Positions 27,001-41,450 of a stretch of DNA of 64,000 nt are shown in pieces. Both the position numbers and the translations under genes were made by a program. The stretch comes from Eledone cirrhosa (Eukaryota), in the NCBI GenBank assembly GCA_964016885.1, contig OZ024742.1, forward strand, positions 342,364,001 through 342,428,000, given 5' to 3'. Under the pieces are notes generated by a model. It ran no database searches. It was not told the origin of the DNA and saw only the letters and a list, made by a program, of their open reading frames with translations. Numbering within the stretch: position 1 is the stretch's first letter; each line of letters opens with the position of its first letter.

Positions 27001-30000
27001 AGTGGTATGAAGTATGTGATCTCCAGTGGTATGAAATATGTGATCTCCAGTGGTATGAAGTATGTGATCTACAGTGGTATGAAGTATGTGATATCCTGTG
27101 GTATGAAGTATGTGATCTACAGTGGTATGAAGTATGTGATCTACAGTGGAATGAAGTATGTGATCTCCTGTGGTATGAAGTATGTGATCTCCAGTGGTAT
27201 GATGTATGTGATCTACAGTGGTATGAGGTATGTGATCTACAGTGGTATGAAGTATGTGATCTCCTGTGATATGAAGTATGTGATCTACAGTGGTATGAAG
27301 TATGTGATCTACAGTGGTATGAAGTATGTGATCTCCAGTGGTATGAAGTATGTGATCTACAGTGGTATGAAGTATGTGATCTATAGTGGTATGATGTATG
27401 TGATCTCCAGTGGTATGAAGTATGTGATCTCCATTGGTATGAAGTATGTGATCTCCAGTGGTATGAAGTATGTGATCTACAGTGGTATGAAGTATGTGAT
27501 CTCCAGTGGTATGAAGTATGTGATCTACAGTGGTATGAAGTATGTGATCTACAGTGGTATGAAGTATGTGATCTCCAGTGGTATGAAGTATGTGATCTCC
27601 AGTGGTATGAAGTATGTGATCTCCAGTGGTATGAAGTATGTGATCTCCTGTGGTATGAAGTATGTGATCTACAGTGGTATGAAGTTTGTGATCTCCAGTG
27701 GTATGAAGTATGTGATCTACAGTGGTATGAAGTATGTGATATCCTGTGGTATGAAGTGTGTGATCTACAATGGTATGAAGTATGTGATCTCCTGTGGTAT
27801 GAAGTATGTGATCTCCAGTTGTATGAAGTGTGTGATCTCCTGTGGTATAAAGAATGTGATCTACAGTGGTATGAAATATGTGATCTCCAGTGGTATGAAG
27901 TATGTGATCTACAGTGGTATGAAGTATGTGATCTCCAGTGGTATGAAGTATGTGATCTACAGTGGTATGAAGTATGTGATCTCCAGTGTTATGAAGTATG
28001 TGATCTACAGTGGTATGAAGTATGTGATCTCCAGTGGTATGAAGTATGTGATCTACAGTGGTATGAAGTATGTGATCTACAGTGGTATGAAGTATGTGAT
28101 ATCCTGTGGTATGAAGCATGTGATATCCTGTGGTATGAAGTATGTGATCTCCAGTGGTATGAAGTATGTGATCTCCAGTGGTATGAAGTATGTGATCTCC
28201 ATTGGTATGAAGTATGTGATCTACAGTGGTATGAAGTATGTGATCTCCAGTGGTATGAAGTATGTGATCTCCAGTGGTATGAAGTATGTGATCTCCAGTG
28301 GTATGAAGTATGTAATCTCCAGTGGTATGAAGTATGTGATATCCTGTGGTATGAGGTATGTGATCTACAGTGGTATGAAGTATGTGATCTCCAGTGGTAT
28401 GAAGTATGTGATCTACAGTGGTATGAAGTATGTGATCTCCAGTGGTATGAAGTATGTGATCTCCAGTGGTATGAAGTCTGTGATCTCCAGTGGTATGAAG
28501 TATGTGATCTTCAGTGGTATGAAGTATGTGATCTACAGTGGTATGAAGTATGTGATCTACAGTGGTATGAAGTGTGTGATCTACAGTGGTATACAGTATG
28601 TGATCTACAGTGGTATGAAGTATGTGATCTACAGTGGTATGATGTATGTGATCTCCAGTGGTATGAAGTATGTGATCTACAGTGGTATGAAGTATGTGAT
28701 CTATAGTGGTATGATGTATGTGATCTCCAGTGGTATGAAGTATGTGATCTCCATTGGTATGAAGTATGTGATCTCCAGTGGTATGAAGTATGTGATCTAC
28801 AGTGGTATGAAGTATGTGATCTCCAGTGGTATGAAGTATGTGATCTACAGTGGTATGAAGTATGTGATCTACAGTGGTATGAAGTATGTGATCTACAGTG
28901 GTATGAAGTATGTGATCTCCAGTGGTATGAAGTATGTGATCTCCAGTGGTATGAAGTGGGTGATCTACAGTGGTATGAAGTATGTGATCTACAGTGGTAT
29001 GAAGTATGTGATCTACAGTGGTATGAAGTATGTGATCTACAGTGGTATGAATTATGTGATCTCCAGTGGTATGAAATATGTCAGCTCCAGTGGTATGAAG
29101 TATGTGATCTACAGTGGTATGAAGTATGTGATCTCCAGTGGTATGAAGTATGTGATCTACAGTGGTATGAAGTATGTGATCTACAGTGGTATGAAGTATG
29201 TGATCTCCAGTGGTATGAAGTACGTGATCTCCAGTGGTATGAAGTATGTGATATCCTCTGGTATGAAGTATGTGATCTCCTGTGGTATGAGGTATGTGAT
29301 CTCCAGTGGTATGAAGTATGTGATCTCCAGTGGTATGAAATATGTGATCTACAGTGGTATGAAGTATGTGATCTCCAGTGGTATGAAGTATGTGATCTCC
29401 AGTGGTATGAAGTATGTGATCTCCAGTGGTATGAAGTATGTGATCTTCAGTGGTATGAAGTATGTGATCTACAGTGGTATGAAGTATGTGATCTACAGTG
29501 GTATGAAGTGTGTGATCTACAGTGGTATGAAGTATGTGATATACAGTGGTATGAAGTATGTGATCTACAGTGGTATGAAGTATGTGATCTACAGTGGTAT
29601 GAATTATGTGATCTCCAGTGGTATGAAATATGTCAGCTCCAGTGGTATGAAGTATGTGATCTACAGTGGTATGAAGTATGTGATCTCCAGTGGTATGAAG
29701 TATGTGATCTCCAGTGGTATGAAGTATGTGATCTACAGTGGTATGAAGTATGTGATCTCCAGTGGTATGAAGTATGTGATCTACAGTGGTATGAAGTATG
29801 TGATCTACAGTGGTATGAAGTATGTCAGCTCCAGTGGTATGATGTATGTGATCTCCAGTGGTATGAAGTATGTGATCAACAGTGGTATGAAGTATGTGAT
29901 CTCCTGTGGTATGAAGTATGTGATCTCCTGTGGTATGAAGTATGTGATCTCCAGTGGTATGAAGTATGTGATCTACAGTGGTATGAAGTATGTGATGTCC

Positions 30001-32400
30001 AGTGGTATGAAGTATGTGATCTACAGTGGTATGAAGTATGTCAGCTCCAGTGGTATGAAGTATGTGATCTTCAGTGGTATGAAGTATGTGATCTCCAGTG
30101 GTATGAAGTATGTGATCTACAGTGATATGAGGTATGTGATCTACAGTGGTATGAAGTATGTGATCTCCTGTGATATGAAGTATGTGATCTACAGTGGTAT
30201 GAAGTATGTGATCTACAGTGGTATGAAGTATGTGATCTCCAGTGGTATGAAGTATGTGATCTACAGTGGTATGAAGTATGTGATCTATAGTGGTATGATG
30301 TATGTGATCTCCAGTGGTATGAAGTATGTGATCTCCATTGGTATGAAGTATGTGATCTCCAGTGGTATGAAGTATGTGATCTACAGTGGTATGAAGTATG
30401 TGATCTCCAGTGGTATGAAGTATGTGATCTACAGTGGTATGAAGTATGTGATCTACAGTGGTATGAAGTATGTGATCTCCAGTGGTATGAAGTATGTGAT
30501 CTCCAGTGGTATGAAGTATGTGATCTCCAGTGGTATGAAGTATGTGATCTCCTGTGGTATGAAGTATGTGATCTACAGTGGTATGAAGTTTGTGATCTCC
30601 AGTGGTATGAAGTATGTGATCTACAGTGGTATGAAGTATGTGATATCCTGTGGTATGAAGTGTGTGATCTACAATGGTATGAAGTATGTGATCTCCTGTG
30701 GTATGAAGTATGTGATCTCCAGTGGTATGAAGTGTGTGATCTCCTGTGGTATAAAGAATGTGATCTACAGTGGTATGAAATATGTGATCTCCAGTGGTAT
30801 GAAGTATGTGATCTACAGTGGTATGAAGTATGTGATCTCCAGTGGTATGAAGTATGTGATCTACAGTGGTATGAAGTATGTGATCTCCAGTGTTATGAAG
30901 TATGTGATCTACAGTGGTATGAAGTATGTGATCTCCAGTGGTATGAAGTATGTGATCTACAGTGGTATGAAGTATGTGATCTACAGTGGTATGAAGTATG
31001 TGATATCCTGTGGTATGAAGTATGTGATATCCTGTGGTATGAAGTATGTGATCTCCAGTGGTATGAAGTATGTGATCTCCAGTGGTATGAAGTATGTGAT
31101 CTCCAGTGGTATGAAGTATGTGATCTACAGTGGTATGAAGTATGTGATCTCCAGTGGTATGAAGTATGTGATCTCCAGTGGTATGAAGTATGTGATCTCC
31201 AGTGGTATGAAGTATGTAATCTCCAGTGGTATGAAGTATGTGATATCCTGTGGTATGAGGTATGTGATCTACAGTGGTATGAAGTATGTGATCTCCAGTG
31301 GTATGAAGTATGTGATCTACAGTGGTATGAAGTATGTGATCTCCATTGGTATGAAGTATGTGATCTCCAGTGGTATGAAGTATGTGATCTACAGTGGTAT
31401 GAAGTATGTGATCTACAGTGGTATGAAGTGTGTGATCTACAGTGGTATAAAGTATGTGATCTACAGTGGTATGAAGTATGTGATCTACAGTGGTATGATG
31501 TATGTGATCTCCAGTGGTATGAAGTATGTGATCTACAGTGGTATGAAGTATGTGATCTATAGTGGTATGATGTATGTGATCTCCAGTGGTATGAAGTATG
31601 TGATCTCCATTGGTATGAAGTATGTGATCTCCAGTGGTATGAAGTATGTGATCTACAGTGGTATGAAGTATGTGATCTCCAGTGGTATGAAGTATGTGAT
31701 CTACAGTGGTATGAAGTATGTGATCTACAGTGGTATGAACTATGTGATCTACAGTGGTATGAAGTATGTGATCTCCAGTGGTATGAAGTATGTGATCTCC
31801 AGTGGTATGAAGTGGGTGATCTACAGTGGTATGAAGTATGTGATCTACAGTGGTATGAAGTATGTGATCTACAGTGGTATGAAGTATGTGATCTACAGTG
31901 GTATGAATTATGTGATCTCCAGTGGTATGAAATATGTCAGCTCCAGTGGTATGAAGTATGTGATCTACAGTGGTATGAAGTATGTGATCTCCAGTGGTAT
32001 GAAGTATGTGATCTACAGTGGTATGAAGTATGTGATCTACAGTGGTATGAAGTATGTGATCTCCAGTGGTATGAAGTATGTGATCTCCAGTGGTATGAAG
32101 TATGTGATATCCTCTGGTATGAAGTATGTGATCTCCTGTGGTATGAGGTATGTGATCTCCAGTGGTATGAAGTATGTGATCTCCAGTGGTATGAAGTATG
32201 TGATCTACAGTGGTATGAAGTATGTGATCTCCAGTGGTATGAAGTATGTGATCTTCAGTGGTATGAAGTATGTGATCTACAGTGGTATGAAGTATGTGAT
32301 CTACAGTGGTATGAAGTGTGTGATCTACAGTGGTATGAAGTATGTGATATACAGTGGTATGAAGTATGTGATCTACAGTGGTATGAAGTATGTGATCTAC
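24085..32400 (+). repeat. Patchwork higher-order repeats with offsets 2472 (103 monomers), 2904 (121) and 2856 (119)
   Basis: ORF pairs 24233/26705 and 25284/27756 (2472), 26052/28956 and 27756/30660 (2904), 28956/31812 (2856). Shared rare variants include ATACAG, TACGTG, AAGTGG and ATATCCTCT. Confidence 0.88.
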
Positions 32401-32759
32401 AGTGGTATGAATTATGTGATCTCCAGTGGTATGAAATATGTCAGCTCCAGTGGTATGAAGTATGTGATCTACAGTGGTATGAAGTATGTGATCTCCAGTG
32501 GTATGAAGTATGTGATCTCCAGTGGTATGAAGTATGTGATCTACAGTGGTATGAAGTATGTGATCTCCAGTGGTATGAAGTATGTGATCTACAGTGGTAT
32601 GAAGTATGTGATCTACAGTGGTATGAAGTATGTCAGCTCCAGTGGTATGATGTATGTGATCTCCAGTGGTATGAAGTATGTGATCAACAGTGGTATGAAG
32701 TATGTGATCTCCTGTGGTATGAAGTATGTGATCTCCTGTGGTATGAAGTATGTGATCTC

Positions 32760-35700
32760 CAGTGGTATGAAGTATGTGATCTACAGTGGTATGAAGTATG
32801 TGATGTCCAGTGGTATGAAGTATGTGATCTACAGTGGTATGAAGTATGTCAGCTCCAGTGGTATGAAGTATGTGATCTTCAGTGGTATGAAGTATGTGAT
32901 CTACAGTGGTATGAAGTATGTGATCTACAGTGGTATGAAGTGTGTGATCTACAGTGGTATGAAGTATGTGATCTACAGTGGTATGAAGTATGTGATCTAC
33001 AGTGGTATGAAGTATGTGATCTACAGTGGTATGAATTATGTGATCTCCAGTGGTATGAAATATGTCAGCTCCAGTGGTATGAAGTATGTGATCTACAGTG
33101 GTATGAAGTATGTGATCTACAGTGGTATGAAGTATGTGATCTCCAGTGGTATGAAGTATGTGATCTCCAGTGGTATGAAGTATGTGATCTACAGTGGTAT
33201 GAAGTATGTGATCTACAGTGGTATGAAGTATGTGATCTACAGTGGTATGAAGTATGTGATCTACAGTGGTATGAAGTATGTCAGCTCCAGTGGTATGATG
33301 TATGTGATCTCCAGTGGTATGAAGTATGTGATCAACAGTGGTATGAAGTATGTGATCTCCTGTGGTATGAAGTATGTGATCTCCTGTGGTATGAAGTATG
33401 TGATCTCCAGTGGTATGAAGTATGTGATCTACAGTGGTATGAAGTATGTGATGTCCAGTGGTATGAAGTATGTGATCTACAGTGGTATGAAATATGTCAG
33501 CTCCAGTGGTATGAAGTATGTGATCTCCAGTGGTATGAAGTATGTGATCTCCAGTGGTATGAAGTATGTGATCTCCTGTGGTATGAAGTATGTGATCTCC
33601 AGTGGTATGAAATATGTGATCTCCAGTGGTATGAAGTATGTGATATCCTGTGGTATGAAGTATGTGATCTACAGTGTTATGAAGTATGTGATCTCCAGTG
33701 GTATGAAGTATGTGATCTCCAGTGGTATGAAGTATGTGATCTACAGTGGTATGAAGTATGTGATCTACAGTGGTATGAAGTATGTGATCTACAGTGGTAT
33801 GAAGTATGTGATATCCTGTGGTATGAAGTATGTGATCTCCAGTGGTATGAAGTATGTCAGCTCCACTGGTATGAAGTATGTGATCTACAGTGGTATGAAG
33901 TATGTGATATCCTGTGGTATGAAGTATGTGATGTCCAGTGGTATGAAGTATGTGATCTCCAGTGGTATGAAGTATGTCAGCTCCAGTGGTATGAAGTATG
34001 TCAGCTCCAGTGGTATGAAGTATGTCAGCTCCTGTGGTATGAAGTATGTGATCTCCAGTGGTCTGAAGTATGTCAGCCCCAGTGGTATGAAGTATGTTAG
34101 CTCCAGTGGTATGAAGTATGTGATATCCTGTGGTATGACGTATGTGATCTCCAGTGGTATGAAGTATGTGATCTACAGTGGTATGAAGTATGTGATCTAC
34201 AGTGGTATGAAGTATGTCAGCTCCAGTGGTATGAAGTATGTGATCTCCAGTGGTATGAAGTATGTGATCTTCAGTGGTATGAAGTATCTGATCTACTGTG
34301 GTATGAAGTATGTGATCTACAGTGGTATGAAGTGTGTGATCTACAGTGGTATGAAGTATGTGATATACAGTGGTATGAAGTATGTGATCTACAGTGGTAT
34401 GAAGTATGTGATCTACAGTGGTATGAATTATGTGATCTCCACTGGTATGAAATATGTCAGCTCCAGTGGTATGAAGTATGTGATCTACAGTGGTATGAAG
34501 TATGTGATCTCCAGTGGTATGAAGTATGTGATCTACAGTGGTATGAAGTATGTGATCTACAGTGGTATGAAGTATGTGATCTCCAGTGGTATGAAGTATG
34601 TGATCTCCAGTGGTATGAAGTATGTGATCTCCAGTGGTAGGAAGTATGTGATCTACAGTGGTATGAAGTATGTGATCTCCAGTGGTATGAAGTATGTGAT
34701 CTCCAGTGGTATGAAGTATGTGATCTCCAGTGGTATGAAGTATGTAATCTCCAGTGGTATGAAGTATGTGATATCCTGTGGTATGAGGTATGTGATCTAC
34801 AGTGGTATGAAGTATGTGATCTCCAGTGGTATGAAGTATGTGATCTACAGTGGTATGAAGTATGTGATCTCCAGTGGTATGAAGTATGTGATCTCCAGTG
34901 GTATGAAGTCTGTGATCTCCAGTGGTATGAAGTATGTGATCTTCAGTGGTATGAAGTATGTGATCTACAGTGGTATGAAGTATGTGATCTACAGTGGTAT
35001 GAAGTGTGTGATCTACAGTGGTATAAAGTATGTGATCTACAGTGGTATGAAGTATGTGATCTACAGTGGTATGATGTATGTGATCTCCAGTGGTATGAAG
35101 TATGTGATCTACAGTGGTATGAAGTATGTGATCTATAGTGGTATGATGTATGTGATCTCCAGTGGTATGAAGTATGTGATCTCCATTGGTATGAAGTATG
35201 TGATCTCCAGTGGTATGAAGTATGTGATCTACAGTGGTATGAAGTATGTGATCTCCAGTGGTATGAAGTATGTGATCTACAGTGGTATGAAGTATGTGAT
35301 CTACAGTGGTATGAAGTATGTGATCTACAGTGGTATGAAGTATGTGATCTCCAGTGGTATGAAGTATGTGATCTCCAGTGGTATGAAGTGGGTGATCTAC
35401 AGTGGTATGAAGTATGTGATCTACAGTGGTATGAAGTATGTGATCTACAGTGGTATGAAGTATGTGATCTACAGTGGTATGAATTATGTGATCTCCAGTG
35501 GTATGAAATATGTCAGCTCCAGTGGTATGAAGTATGTGATCTACAGTGGTATGAAGTATGTGATCTCCAGTGGTATGAAGTATGTGATCTACAGTGGTAT
35601 GAAGTATGTGATCTACAGTGGTATGAAGTATGTGATCTCCAGTGGTATGAAGTATGTGATCTCCAGTGGTATGAAGTATGTGATATCCTCTGGTATGAAG

Positions 35701-38700
35701 TATGTGATCTCCTGTGGTATGCGGTATGTGATCTCCAGTGGTATGAAGTATGTGATCTCCAGTGGTATGAAGTATGTGATCTACAGTGGTATGAAGTATG
35801 TGATGTCCAGTGGTATGAAGTATGTGATCTACAGTGGTATGAAGTATGTCAGCTCCAGTGGTATGAAGTATGTGATCTTCAGTGGTATGAAGTATGTGAT
35901 CTACAGTGGTATGAAGTATGTGATCTACAGTGGTATGAAGTGTGTGATCTACAGTGGTATGAAGTATGTGATCTACAGTGGTATGAAGTATATGATCTAC
36001 AGTGGTATGAAGTATGTGATCTACAGTGGTATGAATTATGTGATCTCCAGTGGTATGAAATATGTCAGCTCCAGTGGTATGAAGTATGTGATCTACAGTG
36101 GTATGAAGTATGTGATCTACAGTGGTATGAAGTATGTGATCTCCAGTGGTATGAAGTATGTGATCTCCAGTGGTATGAAGTATGTGATCTACAGTGGTAT
36201 GAAGTATGTGATCTACAGTGGTATGAAGTATGTGATCTACAGTGGTATGAAGTATGTGATCTACAGTGGTATGAAGTATGTCAGCTCCAGTGGTATGATG
36301 TATGTGATCTCCAGTGGTATGAAGTATGTGATCAACAGTGGTATGAAGTATGTGATCTCCTGTGGTATGAAGTATGTGATCTCCTGTGGTATGAAGTATG
36401 TGATCTCCAGTGGTATGAAGTATGTGATCTACAGTGGTATGAAGTATGTGATGTCCAGTGGTATGAAGTATGTGATCTACAGTGGTATGAAATATGTGAT
36501 CTCCAGTGGTATGAAGTATGTGATATCCTGTGGTATGAAGTATGTGATCTCCAGTGGTATGAAGTATGTGATCTCCTGTGGTATGAAGTATGTGATCTCC
36601 AGTGGTATGAAATATGTGATCTCCAGTGGTATGAAGTATGTGATATCCTGTGGTATGAAGTATGTGATCTACAGTGGTATGAAGTATGTGATCTCCAGTG
36701 GTATGAAGTATGTGATCTCCAGTGGTATGAAGTATGTGATCTACAGTGGTATGAAGTATGTGATCTACAGTGGTATGAAGTATGTGATCTACAGTGGTAT
36801 GAAGTATGTGATATCCTGTGGTATGAAGTATGTGATCTCCAGTGGTATGAAGTATGTCAGCTCCACTGGTATGAAGTATGTGATCTACAGTGGTATGAAG
36901 TATGTGATATCCTGTGGTATGAAGTATGTGATGTCCAGTGGTATGAAGTATGTGATCTCCAGTGGTATGAAGTATGTCAGCTCCATTGGTATGAAGTATG
37001 TGATCTACAGTGGTATGAAGTATGTGATCTACAGTGGTATGAATTATGTGATCTCCAGTGGTATGAAATATGTCAGCTCCAGTGGTATGAAGTATGTGAT
37101 CTACAGTGGTATGAAGTATGTGATCTCCAGTGGTATGAAGTATGTGATCTACAGTGGTATGAAGTATGTGATCTACAGTGGTATGAAGTATGTGATCTCC
37201 AGTGGTATGAAGTATGTGATCTCCAGTGGTATGAAGTATGTGATCTCCAGTGGTAGGAAGTATGTGATCTACAGTGGTATGAAGTATGTGATCTCCAGTG
37301 GTATGAAGTATGTGATCTCCAGTGGTATGAAGTATGTGATCTCCAGTGGTATGAAGTATGTAATCTCCAGTGGTATGAAGTATGTGATATCCTGTGGTAT
37401 GAGGTATGTGATCTACAGTGGTATGAAGTATGTGATCTCCAGTGGTATGAAGTATGTGATCTACAGTGGTATGAAGTATGTGATCTCCAGTGGTATGAAG
37501 TATGTGATCTCCAGTGGTATGAAGTCTGTGATCTCCAGTGGTATGAAGTATGTGATCTTCAGTGGTATGAAGTATGTGATCTACAGTGGTATGAAGTATG
37601 TGATCTACAGTGGTATGAAGTGTGTGATCTACAGTGGTATAAAGTATGTGATCTACAGTGGTATGAAGTATGTGATCTACAGTGGTATGATGTATGTGAT
37701 CTCCAGTGGTATGAAGTATGTGATCTACAGTGGTATGAAGTATGTGATCTATAGTGGTATGATGTATGTGATCTCCAGTGGTATGAAGTATGTGATCTCC
37801 ATTGGTATGAAGTATGTGATCTCCAGTGGTATGAAGTATGTGATCTACAGTGGTATGAAGTATGTGATCTCCAGTGGTATGAAGTATGTGATCTACAGTG
37901 GTATGAAGTATGTGATATCCTGTGGTATGAAGTGTGTGATCTACAATGGTATGAAGTATGTGATCTCCTGTGGTATGAAGTATGTGATCTCCAGTGGTAT
38001 GAAGTGTGTGATCTCCTGTGGTATAAAGAATGTGATCTACAGTGGTATGAAATATGTGATCTCCAGTGGTATGAAGTATGTGATCTACAGTGGTATGAAG
38101 TATGTGATCTCCAGTGGTATGAAGTATGTGATCTACAGTGGTATGAAGTATGTGATCTCCAGTGTTATGAAGTATGTGATCTACAGTGGTATGAAGTATG
38201 TGATATCCTGTGGTATGAAGTATGTGATATCCTGTGGTATGAAGTATGTGATCTCCAGTGGTATGAAGTATGTGATCTCCAGTGGTATGAAGTATGTGAT
38301 CTCCAGTGGTATGAAGTATGTGATCTACAGTGGTATGAAGTATGTGATCTCCAGTGGTATGAAGTATGTGATCTCCAGTGGTATGAAGTATGTGATCTCC
38401 AGTGGTATGAAGTATGTAATCTCCAGTGGTATGAAGTATGTGATATCCTGTGGTATGAGGTATGTGATCTACAGTGGTATGAAGTATGTGATCTCCAGTG
38501 GTATGAAGTATGTGATCTACAGTGGTATGAAGTATGTGATCTACAGTGGTATGAAGTGTGTGATCTACAGTGGTATGAAGTATGTGATCTACAGTGGTAT
38601 GAAGTATATGATCTACAGTGGTATGAAGTATGTGATCTACAGTGGTATGAATTATGTGATCTCCAGTGGTATGAAATATGTCAGCTCCAGTGGTATGAAG

Positions 38701-41450
38701 TATGTGATCTACAGTGGTATGAAGTATGTGATCTACAGTGGTATGAAGTATGTGATCTCCAGTGGTATGAAGTATGTGATCTCCAGTGGTATGAAGTATG
38801 TGATCTACAGTGGTATGAAGTATGTGATCTACAGTGGTATGAAGTATGTGATCTACAGTGGTATGAAGTATGTGATCTACAGTGGTATGAAGTATGTCAG
38901 CTCCAGTGGTATGATGTATGTGATCTCCAGTGGTATGAAGTATGTGATCAACAGTGGTATGAAGTATGTGATCTCCTGTGGTATGAAGTATGTGATCTCC
39001 TGTGGTATGAAGTATGTGATCTCCAGTGGTATGAAGTATGTGATCTACAGTGGTATGAAGTATGTGATGTCCAGTGGTATGAAGTATGTGATCTACAGTG
39101 GTATGAAATATGTCAGCTCCAGTGGTATGAAGTATGTGATCTCCAGTGGTATAAAGTATGTGATCTCCAGTGGTATGAAGTATGTGATCTCCTGTGGTAT
39201 GAAGTATGTGATCTCCAGTGGTATGAAATATGTGATCTCCAGTGGTATGAAGTATGTGATATCCTGTGGTATGAAGTATGTGATCTACAGTGGTATGAAG
39301 TATGTGATCTCCAGTGGTATGAAGTATGTGATCTCCAGTGGTATGAAGTATGTGATCTACAGTGGTATGAAGTATGTGATCTACAGTGGTATGAAGTATG
39401 TGATCTACAGTGGTATGAAGTATGTGATATCCTGTGGTATGAAGTATGTGATCTCCAGTGGTATGAAGTATGTCAGCTCCACTGGTATGAAGTATGTGAT
39501 CTACAGTGGTATGAAGTATGTGATATCCTGTGGTATGAAGTATGTGATGTCCAGTGGTATGAAGTATGTGATCTCCAGTGGTATGAAGTATGTCAGCTCC
39601 ATTGGTATGAAGTATGTCAGCTCCAGTGGTATGAAGTATGTCAGCTCCTGTGGTATGAAGTATGTGATCTCCAGTGGTCTGAAGTATGTCAGCTCCAGTG
39701 GTATGAAGTATGTTAGCTCCAGTGGTATGAAGTATGTGATATCCTGTGGTGTGACGTATGTGATCTCCAGTGGTATGAAGTATGTGATCTACAGTGGTAT
39801 GAAGTATGTGATCTACAGTGGTATGAAGTATGTCAGCTCCAGTGGTATGAAGTATGTGATCTCCAGTGGTATGAAGTATGTGATCTTCAGTGGTATGAAG
39901 TATGTGATCTACAGTGGTATGAAGTATGTGATCTACAGTGGTATGAAGTGTGTGATCTACAGTGGTATGAAGTATGTGATATACAGTGGTATGAAGTATG
40001 TGATCTACAGTGGTATGAAGTATGTGATCTACAGTGGTATGAATTATGTGATCTCCAGTGGTATGAAATATGTCAGCTCCAGTGGTATGAAGTATGTGAT
40101 CTACAGTGGTATGAAGTATGTGATCTCCAGTGGTATGAAGTATGTGATCTACAGTGGTATGAAGTATGTGATCTACAGTGGTATGAAGTATGTGATCTCC
40201 AGTGGTATGAAGTATGTGATCTCCAGTGGTATGAAGTATGTGATCTCCAGTGGTAGGAAGTATGTGATCTACAGTGGTATGAAGTATGTGATCTCCAGTG
40301 GTATGAAGTATGTGATCTCCAGTGGTATGAAGTATGTGATCTCCAGTGGTATGAAGTATGTAATCTCCAGTGGTATGAAGTATGTGATATCCTGTGGTAT
40401 GAGGTATGTGATCTACAGTGGTATGAAGTATGTGATCTCCAGTGGTATGAAGTATGTGATCTACAGTGGTATGAAGTATGTGATCTCCAGTGGTATGAAG
40501 TATGTGATCTCCAGTGGTATGAAGTCTGTGATCTCCAGTGGTATGAAGTATGTAATCTTCAGTGGTATGAAGTATGTGATCTACAGTGGTATGAAGTATG
40601 TGATCTACAGTGGTATGAAGTGTGTGATCTACAGTGGTATAAAGTATGTGATCTACAGTGGTATGAAGTATGTGATCTACAGTGGTATGATGTATGTGAT
40701 CTCCAGTGGTATGAAGTATGTGATCTACAGTGGTATGAAGTATGTGATCTATAGTGGTATGATGTATGTGATCTCCAGTGGTATGAAGTATGTGATCTCC
40801 ATTGGTATGAAGTATGTGATCTCCAGTGGTATGAAGTATGTGATCTACAGTGGTATGAAGTATGTGATCTCCAGTGGTATGAAGTATGTGATCTACAGTG
40901 GTATGAAGTATGTGATCTACAGTGGTATGAAGTATGTGATCTACAGTGGTATGAAGTATGTGATCTCCAGTGGTATGAAGTATGTGATCTCCAGTGGTAT
41001 GAAGTGGGTGATCTACAGTGGTATGAAGTATGTGATCTACAGTGGTATGAAGTATGTGATCTACAGTGGTATGAAGTATGTGATCTACAGTGGTATGAAT
41101 TATGTGATCTCCAGTGGTATGAAATATGTCAGCTCCAGTGGTATGAAGTATGTGATCTACAGTGGTATGAAGTATGTGATCTCCAGTGGTATGAAGTATG
41201 TGATCTACAGTGGTATGAAGTATGTGATCTACAGTGGTATGAAGTATGTGATCTCCAGTGGTATGAAGTATGTGATCTCCAGTGGTATGAAGTATGTGAT
41301 ATCCTCTGGTATGAAGTATGTGATCTCCTGTGGTATGAGGTATGTGATCTCCAGTGGTATGAAGTATGTGATCTCCAGTGGTATGAAGTATGTGATCTAC
41401 AGTGGTATGAAGTATGTGATCTCCAGTGGTATGAAGTATGTGATCTCCAG
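32760..41450 (+). repeat. Dispersed block duplications with offsets 3000 bp (125 monomers) and 5616 bp (234 monomers)
   Basis: Lines 32761-33960 nearly match 35761-36960, and 37021-37900 nearly match 40021-40900. ORF pairs 34332/39948 and 35388/41004 are 5616 apart. Confidence 0.85.

Noticed and set aside
23872-28119. His-rich minus-strand ORFs (HTTVDHIL / SHTSYHCR repeats) as metal-binding proteins
   Set aside because: They are the reverse complement of the same repeat; starts and ends are set by sporadic point variants.
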